This document shows positions 38,151-49,329 of a DNA stretch of 64,000 nt, in pieces. The notes below the pieces were generated by a model. It saw only the letters and a list, made by a program, of their open reading frames with translations, was not told where the DNA came from and ran no database searches. A program made the position numbers and the translations under genes. This DNA comes from Vicugna vicugna. Its lineage: Eukaryota. The stretch's first letter is position 1; the number at the start of each line of letters is the position of its first letter. Location of the stretch: assembly GCA_013265495.1 (NCBI GenBank), contig MU058844.1, positions 4,207,535 through 4,271,534 on the forward strand, given 5' to 3'.

Positions 38151-38984
38151 GTGGTGTTGTCATTGTTATTGTTATTATTATTATTAAGTAAGACAATACC
38201 AAGTACAGTGCTTAGAATAGAGATTGGTACCTAAGGAGCACATAATAAGCTACTGAGCTCCACCTTTGTGTGTATATTTACATGTATATTTGTACAGCTC
38301 TGATTACAACTGAAGAATATTTAGTGAGCAGTCAGATTTACTAGTTGTTATCATGGCTTTTAAACCATTCACTAATTGACTGTTCTATTAATTTCTTTAT
38401 TCAAAATAAGTTACCGAATATCCCATAAATGTCAGGCACTATGCTAACCACTGGGGATTGAAGGACACTTCATATCAACAGGAAATGGGGTAAGGAGGAA
38501 AGGGGAGAGAGTCAGGGAATAATGACAAATATAAACACGGGCAAAACGATGAAGCGATAAATGTTCTGGAATCAGCATCTCTGAACAAAGCTGCCCAGGA
38601 AATGAAGAAGAATTCAAAGGCTCAGATGACCCAATAAATTCTGTTTAAAACATTAAAAGGTATAGATTATTTAAAAATAGGAAAGACCTAGCTATATTTA
38701 TAAGCAGGAGGGAAGTAATTGCCTGGGAGAGGGTATAGATGCCCCAAAGAAGAAGATCAAAGAAGCCATCTGCTTTGAGAATTAGGAGAAAACATCCAGA
38801 AGGGAAGGAACTTTTTTTTTTAAGTACTGGAGAGGTATTGAGATAAGATTAAAAAAAAAAAGCAAAACTTGGACTCAGCTTAAAATATCTCAGTTAATGC
38901 TGAGTACATACGTCGAGTTAAGACTGAAGTTCAAGGAGAGAAAAGGTATATGAAATGACCCTCTGGGGAAGCTTAGTTTAGAGA

Positions 38985-39145
38985 CAAGATGGACGGGCTG
39001 AGAGTAAGCGCTCAGTTCTAACCTGAGCTTAGCTGGGTGGCTCCTGACTAGTCATTTCTGCTCTCTGAGGCTTATTTTCCTCAAAGGTAAAATCCAGTTG
39101 AACTCTGAAAGTTCTAAATCCCCTTCCAACTGCAGGATTTTGTAA
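38985..39145 (+). mobile_element. MIR3-like SINE
   Basis: agtcatttctgctctctgaggcttattttcctc...aaatccccttccaact. Confidence 0.55.
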
Positions 39146-39669
39146 CTGCTGACAATTAGAAGAGTGCCACAGAACAGCGATGTTTTATGGAAGGTCATCA
39201 GTCTACATATACGCTACATAAATGAGGACCAAACTAAATGTACTCATCAGCAAGTTTGAAGTTCCTGTAGCAGATGCTTATGGATCCTTGGTAAGTTCAT
39301 AAAAAGCATTCCTCCAGCTGTTTTTGAGTGAGGCTGGCAATCCTTCACAAACTGTCTTGACAGGATGCTGACCAGTGCTACACTGATCGTAGGTAAGCTG
39401 GCAAGTGGTCCAGAAAGTGCAGAGAATCATTTTAGAAGATCGGCTGATGCATATGGGAATCACATCCCACTTCTGGAAGGCATGAAACTTACAATGTCTG
39501 CATTATTTCACCTCCATTGGAGCTGTGGTACTCACAATCACCTCCTTATTTGCAAGTGAGGAAAATGCTCAGATTTATGAAGTTATGTTGCCCAAATGGG
39601 TATAGTTAGTGGTAGACTCCTAGCTTGTGAGTAATTACAAGGAGATATAATGCTTTGTACCAGAGAGAA

Positions 39670-40150
39670 TGAGGTTCTGCATTAGGAGATAAAGATCTGA
39701 AAAATAGTGACTTATACAGGTTTATTTCTCATTCATATAAAATAAATTCAGAGGTAGGCCTTCCAGAGGAATACAGAAGCTTCACATTGTTAGGGACCCA
39801 GGCTCCTTTTATTTTTCTGCTCTACTGAATGTGGTTTGCATCTTAAAACTCACTGCACTATCCAAGAGAACTGCTGGAGCTCCAGCCATTGTATTTGCAT
39901 TCCAGGAAGCTTGAAGAAAGAAAGAAGGTAAGAGCACCCTTGCCTTTTGAGGATGCTTGCTAGCAATAAAATATACTTTCCACCTATATCTTATGGCCAA
40001 AATTTAACATAGTCACTATGTCTAGCTACAAAGTAGACTGGAAAATTTAATCTTTTAGCTGGATAGTAATGTGACTGACAAAAAGTTGGTGTTCTTATCA
40101 CTAAGGAGTAAGTATAGAATAAACACTGAAAGATAACTAGCATTTTGGTA
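39670..40150 (-). mobile_element. MLT1J-like LTR
   Basis: ctgctggagctccagccatt...ctagctacaaagtagactggaaaatttaatcttttagctgg. Confidence 0.7.
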
Positions 40151-40189
40151 GTCTTCCATTGTGTCATATCAGTTGTGAATTAGCTTGGC

Positions 40190-40425
40190 ACTCTACTCCA
40201 TCTCATCTTCATGCAATAATACAGGCTGATAAAGCCACTACTGTTTGGAGTGTAGCTTGTTCCTCGGGCCAGGAAGGGAGCACACATCACTTCTACTCAC
40301 TTCCACTGGCCAGCAGAAGCCACGTGGTCACATCTGATTTCAAGGGGGCAGAGAAATGCAGTTTCATCATGTGCTTTGATGGAGAAGAAAGAGGATATTT
40401 GTGATGAGGTTTGATGACTACCATA
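40190..40425 (-). mobile_element. Old MLT1 LTR fragment
   Basis: catcacttctactcacttccactggccag...ttcaagggggcagagaaatgcag...gatgactaccata. Confidence 0.6.
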
Positions 40426-40552
40426 GGCACTTGCCTCACAGAACCAGTTACTCTAAGATTCTAGATCAAAATATTGAAGGAACAGATAAATGACTAGTCA
40501 AGAAGTATCAACCACAGCAAGGGCATGAGGATTTCTTCTAAAGGAAAACCTT

Positions 40553-40720
40553 AGTGCTTTTCAGAATCACAATCTTATTATTAGTTTAAAAATGCAGATT
40601 TCTTGACACTAGCCCAAGTGAATCTGATTCTTTAGGTTGTGGATGGGGCCCAGAACTCTTCATATAACAAACATCTCAGAAGATTCTCAGCCATGTGACC
40701 ATCTTTTGAGTAAAACTGCA
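40553..40720. mobile_element. MER5-like hAT-Charlie MITE
   Basis: cagaatcac...ttaaaaatgcagatttct...gaatctgattct...ggggcccagaa...taacaaacatctcag. Confidence 0.6.
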
Positions 40721-40979
40721 TAGCAGGTATCAGAATAGCCAAAACAAAATCAATTCACTAAAAAAATAAAAGCACAATAGAACATTAATTCAAGGTATTT
40801 TTTAGATGAGAAAGACCAAGTTGCTTTTGAGATTGGGAGATAATAAAATAATTTTTCATACTATGCAAACACTGGGATATAATTCGTGTTCAATCTCGAT
40901 TTGTGATGATTATTTAAAGCCATTATCCTTTATTTCTGGTTTATTTTTGTTTACCAAACTACTCACTCTAAAATACAAA

Positions 40980-41200
40980 AAGTGGTTATAAACACTAGCT
41001 TTGGTGTCAGCAGACCCATGTCTGAATATCAGATCCACCAGTCAGTCCTTACGTAAACTTGAGCAAGTTTATACTTTGTTTGAGGCTCAGATTCCTCAAA
41101 ATTGGGACAGTATTGTCTTCCTTAAAGTTTTGTTATAAGAAATAAATGAAATACTGTATGTGAAATACTTAGTACAAGCACTAATTTAGTATGACTAAGC
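40980..41200 (+). mobile_element. MIR SINE
   Basis: agtggttataaacactagctttggtgtcag...cttgagcaagttt...gaggctcag...tgtgaaatacttag. Confidence 0.7.
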
Positions 41201-42130
41201 AAGAAGAATTAGTTAGAAATTAATGAGCTTCTTCCAATGGTCACTGTCAACATGTTTAGTAATTTAAAGATTCTGTGAGTGCTAGTATAAAAGAAATTCA
41301 TATTATTTAATCTGATGTTGGCAGTTTAAATAAATTTCAGTGTTGCTTGTGAATGCCTTATATTAATTTAGAATAACAAACTAATTCTTTAGGCAAAAAA
41401 AAAAGATACTCAGCATAGGATATCAGTGGACTGCAAAAATTAATTTGTTATGTAAATATTTTCCCTATGCCATTATTCTTCTGATACGTGTTTGAAAAAT
41501 CCACAATAAGCACAAATGTCTATCATCTTGTTAAGCAAACCTACATTATGCAATGAAAGGAAATAAAATCTGAGTACTTTTTCAAGGTTATAAAAGAGAA
41601 TCAGGAGTCAGCACGAATAAATAGAAGCCATTTTTGTCTGGGCAAGTGTCGAATTGCCTCAAGAACTGTGTAATTAGAGTGAAGACTTAAAATACTGCTG
41701 TTGCATGTGTGTCAACAGAGGATACACATGCTCTATCCTAGTTACTAGTATCAAATCTGCATCAGATGGCAGGAGAAAACCATTAAAGCCTTGAAGCACA
41801 GCCAGTTCTGCTGCAACAAAGTTTAATGGCCGCCTCCCAACCGTGCCCAGCTGGTCATCTAACAATGGTTGATAACAAAAGCCAGCTACCTCCCCAGCTG
41901 CTGTCCAGGAAGCTGGAATGAGCTGTCCAAGGGGCAGGCAGATGAAATTCTATAAAAAGTCACTGAAGGAGAAACTTAAATCGTTCCGTAAGTTTGCTGT
42001 TGACTGTGGGAAGACTTCGCGGCAGACAAAGGAGCCAACCGTAGGTGTGTGCAGTGTTTTGACAGTAATTAGAGATGAAGAGCTCACTTCCAGGGGAAGC
42101 GAAATACAACCAGTGAGACAAAGTAGGAGG

Positions 42131-43090
42131 CAGAGGGGGATTTACAGAGAAGCAAATGAAACTTGATCCAACATTCTCCAAGGTAGTAGTAGAAGCTAGC
42201 ACTTGGTTGTTTTTGTAAAATTTTTAAAAGTATGGGATTTTAACAGCCGTTGAGTGAGATCACTGTCTCTTTCTGCCCCACCTTAGGCTCCGTCGCACTT
42301 CCCCTTGTGCAGAGGAGTACTGAAACCATCAAGGGCACTATGAGATCCAACTGCAGGGAAGTTGAGTTGGGCACACAGTTAGTTTAGGTTTAGTGGGATA
42401 CAGTTATCACTTCTGGCTGTTATTTCAGTTCCTGCTAGCTGTCTTGGTGAAGGAAAATGAGGGATACTCCATTACCTGTGGGCAAGACTCGACTAGAGTC
42501 AATACAAAGAAGTCTGCATTACAGACATGTCCTGTGCTCAGGGCCTGGAGGCGCGTAGGCAGTGGACAGGTGAGAGGCGAGTCTGTGGGCAATTCTTCCT
42601 GGTTGTCAGGTAAAAGGTAAAGTGGAGGATTTACTTCTTAAAAATTTCTAGTCAAACAGAAGTTCTCTGCTGTTGGGAATATGCAAAGTATAAAACTGTA
42701 AAAGCACCACATATTTTTATAGGAGTTACAACAGAATTTACCAGAATTCCTGTGTTCGGAGAGCCTAAGCTTATAGTTATACAACAAACAGTAAATATGT
42801 CTGTATAGAAAACCTCATATTTTCATTTTAATAAAAAAATGGATCAGCCATACTAGAGGAAAACAGTCTTTGTAGTCTCTCTGTAGAAAATATTATGAAG
42901 CATGTCATATGAAGAGGCAATCAAACAATATGCAGTTAGAACATGCAGGAAAATAAATGTTATAGATGTGTTTCAGGTAGTTAATTACGATAGCTGTTTT
43001 GTTGTATTTTGTGATTTTTTTTGTTCTAAATAAGTATTTGTCTTATAGCTAATTTTGTATTTTTTATTTAAAGAGGGCTCCCCTCAAAGG
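42131..43090 (+). mobile_element. Arthur1B/MER69B-like hAT-Tip100 internal-deletion derivative
   Basis: 5' cagagggggatttacagagaagcaaatgaa; gggaagttgagttggg...tttagtgggata; 42905 translates SYEEAIKQYAVRTCRK (transposase C-terminus); 3' tttaaagagggctcccc. Confidence 0.75.
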
Positions 43091-43284
43091 TTTGTTGCTC
43101 TTACTATCAGAGTTTTCAATCGCTTCATATTTCCTTTCTTCCTATTTGGTCTATTAAGAGCCTGGTCTCCATATGATAAAACAAGTGATGCCAGTTTTCT
43201 TAAGAAGAATATTTATATATGCATAGAAGTTATGTATTCCATATCATTATATATCTTTGAAAAAATATCAAGAATAAGATATAT

Positions 43285-43785
43285 ATGTTAAAAAGTATAC
43301 AGAGCATAGGCATATAGCATAATGAACTTTCACGAGTTTGACAAACTGAACACAACTGTTTAACTAGTCCCCAGAAGAAAATTAATAGAATGCCAGATTC
43401 TCCCCTGGTACTCCCCAAAGTCTCTCTATCCTCCTCCAAAGGACAGCCAACTCTCTGACTTCTAATGTCATAGATTAGTTTTCCTTTTTTCCTGAACTTT
43501 ATATAAAAGGGATCATATAATATGTATTCATTTGTGTCTGGCTTCTATATTATTGTTTATAGCTATAATTTGTTTATCCTCATGGTTGTATAGTGTTCCA
43601 TTGCATGAAGAGATCATAATTTACATGATCTGCTATTGATGGTAATTTGGGTAGTCTCCAGTTTGGGACTACTACAGATGATACTATTATGAATACTACT
43701 GAATACGTATGTAAACACATGCACACATTTCAGTTGAGTATATATGCAAGAGAGAACTATTGGCTTATAAATATTAAATTTTAAA
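43285..43785 (-). mobile_element. L1ME-like 3' fragment
   Basis: ctgacttctaatgtcatagattagtttt...tgaactttatataaaagggatcatata...tgtgtctggcttct. Confidence 0.8.
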
Positions 43786-43949
43786 AACAAAATTAATTGC
43801 TATGAGTTAGTTTTATTACTGTGTCTTTACATCTCAAACCAAATTAAAACTTACGTGAATTGTTAAATATTACAATGATACAACTGAGTTTAAGTTTTAT
43901 TGTGCCTATAGCTTAAGATGATACAAATACAATGTAAGATGATACGTTT

Positions 43950-44409
43950 TATTCAAAAATGAATAAAGGGAACCTCCTTTAAATTGGAATTGGGAAGGCT
44001 GAAAAGGGGACCTCTCATGCCCTGCCACTCACTGCCATCTGCAGACCCCAAATAGGAAGAGATGTATCTTGCATCTCCAACAGGAAGTTTACTACCATGC
44101 TACTCTAGCAGCAGGAAGGATTTTCTTCTTGCCTGGCAGTAGCCCAGCCAATGAGAGACTATCACAACTCAGACAATGAAAAGCCACTATACTTCAAACT
44201 CCCAGTTTTCTGCCATGGACTCTTTGTTTATAACAGTACTTCTCAACTTTCCCATTTTTTCCATAAGAGAACATTCCTCTCCTCTGTTTCTCTGAAGCTG
44301 ACTGCAGTGTTTGTTATGGCGTGCTAGACCCCAATTGCAATTCTCTGCTATTACTGAATAAACCTGTTTTGCTGCTTAAATAACTGGCTGTTTATTTTTA
44401 CATGCAACA
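43950..44409 (+). mobile_element. ERV1-type solo LTR (family not assigned)
   Basis: CCAAT box (cagccaatgag), aataaa in gaataaacc near the end, and ...caaca terminus; left boundary uncertain. Confidence 0.65.
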
Positions 44410-45439
44410 ATTTAAAAATTCAAGGGCACAAATAGTCAAGATGAATAGAAGAGGCAGAAACAGAGCACATAGTTCTGGGTCTGAAATACTATCTCTTTTA
44501 CTGATGCTCAGAGAGATTTGGGGACCAGACAGGGTGACCCTAAATCTCATTTACACTCATGGTCTTGGCACATTATTAGTAGCACTCCATTTTACTCCAC
44601 AGTCACCTAGGGTAAGGAGAAACACTTGAACCTCTGAAATTACTCGTAGATAATAGAAGGTAAGCAGGAGACACTTTGGACTTTGGGGTTAAAGGCTAAC
44701 AATGACTGGTAATTGTTATATAGATTTTGCAGTCCACCTGGTCTGCTGCTTCATCTCAGGAATGGTATGCATACCGTGTTGAGAGTCACAGTTACAAGCA
44801 AGGGAGAGAGCAATGAAACAGTGCTCAGACGTAGGATGAACAGATGTGAGACATTCACATGGGTGTGGGGACTCGGAAGAGGATGCAGGAGAAAAAAAGA
44901 TTTAAAGCCTGGAATTATTAATTAACAATGGGAAAAAATGACTCATGGGGACACAGAAAGCAGAGCTATGAAAAGAAACAAAATAGTAAATCACAGAATT
45001 AACTCTTGCTTCAATTTGGGATTTCCACTGTCTGTGAAGCAATAAATATGGGAAAAATTAATCCAGAATTATTTTCCTCATCAGAGAGTTCAATTCCATG
45101 CAACAGTACACTTTTCAAAGGAGAAAGTAGCTGTGGTACTCAAAGAGTTAAAATGACAAAAGCCGAAGTGTTCAGCGCCTTCACTTCACCCAGCAACGGT
45201 TTATAGTTTCATAATATTTTATTCGGGGCCAATGAACTCTAAAATGATCTTGAAAATATTTAGAGCTCTGGGTGTAGTGGGTTCCAGCTCTTGCTTTTTA
45301 TTGTGCAAATTAACACAGCATACTGAGAAAATATTTGCAAAATTAAATGTTGATATTAAAAAACAAAACTTGATTCTATGCTGTGTTAGCAGCCAATAGA
45401 TAGATATGGTATCCCTACTATGTGTTGGGGTGTCCCATA

Positions 45440-45890
45440 TATTGCACAGGAAGAAACTCTATGTAGTATCATAACTCTTACTTTACAAAAAAAAAATTCT
45501 TCTAAAGGAAAACAAAAGTTGAAATTACTTGCTCATATTCATATAAGTTTACAAGATGAAGAAACTTTGATTTAAACCCAGGTTGCTGGGCCCTAGAGGC
45601 CAAACACTCAGCCACTCTAACTCCATGAGCAAAGCTGTGGCAGGTGAGGATTCAGGTAGTTCCCACAGCAATCAAGAGGATCTAGAAAACTTAGAGCAGA
45701 AGATGGTGGAATGAATGTGGGCATGGGGTCAAAGTGAATTCACTTCTTCCATTTATTAGTTACATGATCTTGGATGCTTAGCTTCTGGGGACTTGGTTCC
45801 TCTTCTAAAAAATGAAGGTAATAATAGGGTTTTCATGAGAATTAAATTATTTAATCTACAGAAAATGGCTACTGCCATACAGTTATTTGG
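45440..45890. mobile_element. Two MIR fragments (antisense ~45440-45620, sense ~45700-45890)
   Basis: gatttaaacccagg; ttcctcttctaaaaaatgaaggtaataatagggttttcatgagaattaaat. Confidence 0.55.
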
Positions 45891-46721
45891 CTTCCAGAAA
45901 ATTCTTCCCCTTCCTTCACCTTCTTTAGGCAAAGAAACAGCCTCACGCCATTGCGTGTTCTAAGCTTTTGCCTCAAGACAGATGAATACTATTCACCCTC
46001 CCCCAGGGAATTGTCCATTGTTCTTAAACACTCTCCAGGAACAGAGTTGGTGTTTTATCACCTGCCAGTTCAGACAGTTTACCTCAAGGCTAATTATATT
46101 TCCTGATTAAATTTTAAGCCCATTTTTCTCTTACTGATTTTCATCTAACACAAGGAAAAATGACAATGTTCCCTCTTAAAGGTTTTTCCTCTACCAATTT
46201 TGGACTCATGGAAATTATCTTCATTCAATAAATACTTAAGACTTATCTTCTCCTATGTTTTTTCCTAGCCAGACCTTTCATAAGCTGCATTTATCTGTAT
46301 TTTTGTACTTGGAATCTGCTGCAGTTTCTTCTAGGTCCAGCTCAAGTAGCCTAACTTGTAGGTTTCCCTGATTGCTTCCGCAAGCAGATCTTATGCATTC
46401 CCCTGTGGGCAGGTGACACACTGTAGAATTGGTTTCCCATAACTTCCCACTCAGGACTTAGAGCAACTTGAAGACAAAGATAGTGTAGTCTCCATGAGTT
46501 TAGGGCTGAACCTGGTCCATGGCAATGATGCCAATTTGTTCAATTAACTTTGTTGCATCAACAAATGACTACATTACAATTAAGAAAAAAGTCACAAGTT
46601 AAGTTTATAATCTAGGTTTCATGTATTTCATGAGTTCTCTTGGCTCCAATATTAGCAGCTCTACTCAAAGATTAATGTTCAAATTTCCCTCTGGTTAATA
46701 CTAGATAGTCATAGTGGTACG

Positions 46722-47563
46722 TATATTATTTAAGGTACAATAAGATGCAGTAACAAGGGATTCATAAAAAATGTAATGGTTCAATGAATATTAAAGTTCA
46801 TGTCACAACCCAGGTTAGATATTCCATGTCTCTTTATATTGCCAGTCAGGAACCCAGGCTGACATAGGCTCTACCATCTTCAACCATTTCTCTTCCAAGC
46901 TTGCTCTCTTCATTGCCAATTTAGCCAGAAGGAGAGAAAAGGGGCATGGAGAACTATGCTTGCAATTTTATAGGAGATTGGTTGAAAGTATGGAAATGAA
47001 ACTCATATACTTTTGTCCACATTTCACTGGTGAGATCTTAGACATATGTCCACTCCTAGCTGCAAGGAAGTCTGAAAATTGTAGTCCATGGCTTGGCAGC
47101 TACATCCTAGCCACAACTCTATTACTTAATGTTATGGGCTCAATTATATGCCCCCCCAAACTCTTAGGTTAAAGTCCTAACCCTCAATATCTCAGAATGT
47201 GACTGTATTTGGAAATAGAATCTTTAAAGAGATGATTAAGTTAAAATGAGGCCATTAGGGTGGGGCCTAATCCAACATGACGAATGTCCTTATAATAAGA
47301 GAAAATTATGACAGACACACACGGAGGGAAGACCATGTGAAGACACAGGGACTAAGTAGCCCTCCACAAGCCAAAGGAGAGAGGCCACGGAAGAAACCAA
47401 CTTTGCTGAAACCATGGTTTAGAACTTCTAGCCTCCAGAATCATGAGACAGTAAGTTTCTGTTTAAGCTGTCCAGTCTGTGGTGCTTATATGGCAGTCCT
47501 AGCACAGTAATGTACTAAGGAGGAAGGACAAATTTTGGAGGACAACCAGCAGTGTCTGTTGCA
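46722..47563 (-). mobile_element. MLT1I/J-like LTR split by MLT1B
   Basis: caggaacccaggctgac...ctagctgcaaggaagtctgaaaattgtagtc; resumes after the insert with ttttggaggacaaccagcagtgtctg. Confidence 0.65.
47130..47514 (+). mobile_element. MLT1B solo LTR
   Basis: tgttatgggct...gtcctaaccctcaatatctcagaatgtgactgtatttggaaatag...gaagaccatgtgaagacacaggg. Confidence 0.85.
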
Positions 47564-47587
47564 TTATGTGAACTACAAATTGGTTAC

Positions 47588-47939
47588 TGTCTTAGTTTGG
47601 GCAGCTATAACAAACTGCTGTAGACTGGGTAACTTAAGCATTAAACAACTATTTCTCACAGTTCTGGAGGCTGGAAGTTGGAGATGAAGGTGCTGGCATG
47701 GTCAGGTTCTGATGAGAGCTCTCTTCTGGGCTGCAGACAGCTGGCTTCTCCTAGTATCCTCACGTGGCAGAAAGACAGCCAGCTAGCTTATAAAGGCACT
47801 GATCCCATTCATGAAGGCTCCACCCTCATCATCTAATTACCTCCCAAAGGTCCCACCTCCAAATACCATCACATTAAGATTAAAATTTCAGCATACAAAT
47901 TTTGGGCAGTAGAGGGACACAAACATTCAGTTCATAATA
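47588..47939 (-). mobile_element. MLT1A0 solo LTR
   Basis: tgtcttagtttgggcagctataacaaa...tctcacagttctggaggctggaag; TSD gttac / attac. Confidence 0.9.
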
Positions 47940-47994
47940 ATTACTATACCATCCGTGAATTTAGTTAGGAGTTATAAATTGTTTAAACACAAAG

Positions 47995-48530
47995 ACCTCC
48001 TGCTTGGTCCCCTGCCCTTCAACAGTCAGTGCTCTTTTTAAAAACATAAATTAGATTATTTTACTTTTCTGCGTAAAAACCTCAAATGATTTCCCATTTC
48101 ATCCAGCACAAAACTGCATGCACGTCCTTTTGCCTTACAAGGACTGACAGGATCTGGCCCTCTACCATCTCCAACCTTGGCTTCTATGACGCTTCTCTTC
48201 ATTCATTTTGCTCCAGACACATCAGTCTTCCAAGCACGCTCTCACCTCAGGGCTTAGCTGTTTTCTTTCTAGGGATGCTCTTTTTTACTTACTTTGGGTG
48301 TCTGCTTAAAAGCTATTTAATAGAGAGGCCTTCCCTGACTATAAAACAACAACCATCCCTATGTCTATGCAGCACTCTTCTCAACCTTACCCTGCTTTAT
48401 TCATCCCCAAAACACTTGTGATCTCGTATATCTCTTAGGTACTTATTTGCCCTGCCTTCTAGGATGCGCCATGAGTCCACAGAGTTTGGCTTGTTCCCTC
48501 CCCAGCACCTGGAATAGCTCAGAGAAACCT
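47995..48530 (+). mobile_element. L2a fragment
   Basis: cttttttaaaaacataaattagatt...agagaggccttccctgact...cccagcacctggaatag. Confidence 0.75.
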
Positions 48531-49329
48531 CCACTGATTGGATACATCTACCAAGATTGGATACATCTACACAAGGATTTTTTTTTTTCTGGCTCAGAAA
48601 AAGCTGAATTCTAAGTCAAAAGATGAAAAAATCTTACAGAGAAACAGAGAGGAGCCAAAGAAACATGGGGATGATTATGAAAAGAATTTATTCTTAGTAT
48701 TTCCAAATAACCAAAATACCTTTTCGAACCCTTTTGTCTGAACTGTAAGCCAAATCAAAGGCATCGGAAGGGTGAGGACCATTTAATCTATTTTATACAT
48801 AGGATGTACTCAATATATGTTTGTAGAATAAATAAACAGTACAAGACCTCTGTGTATTTCTTTTCTCTTCGTTTGTAAGGGTATTTCTTTCCTGATCTTT
48901 CTGTTTCCCTGGCTTCATCTTAATTTTACCACCTTAAAGTGTGTCTTCATTTCAAGTTCATTTTTCATTTTGGGAGGCTCATCTCTTATTATCTTTAACT
49001 GTTTCACATCATATATTCTCACAAGTTAGAGCAGTTTTCCTCTGTGGGAAAGCTTCCAAATCTATAAACCCAGACTGATTCTTCTCTTTTCAAATCTCAG
49101 TCTCACATATTAAACTGTCTGATGGATATTTACATGTAGAAGTCCTGTGGTCACTTCAACCTGACCCATTAACATGCCCCTAAAACATGTCACCCTTCTA
49201 AATCCCCTATTGTGGCTCTGAGTACTAACCAACATGATCCTAATAACTCAGGCTCTAAACCAGGGAAGCCCCCCTTCCTTGACCTTTGTTAGCATTGCAT
49301 TCAGCAAATATTTTGCATCCTTGCCTGTG

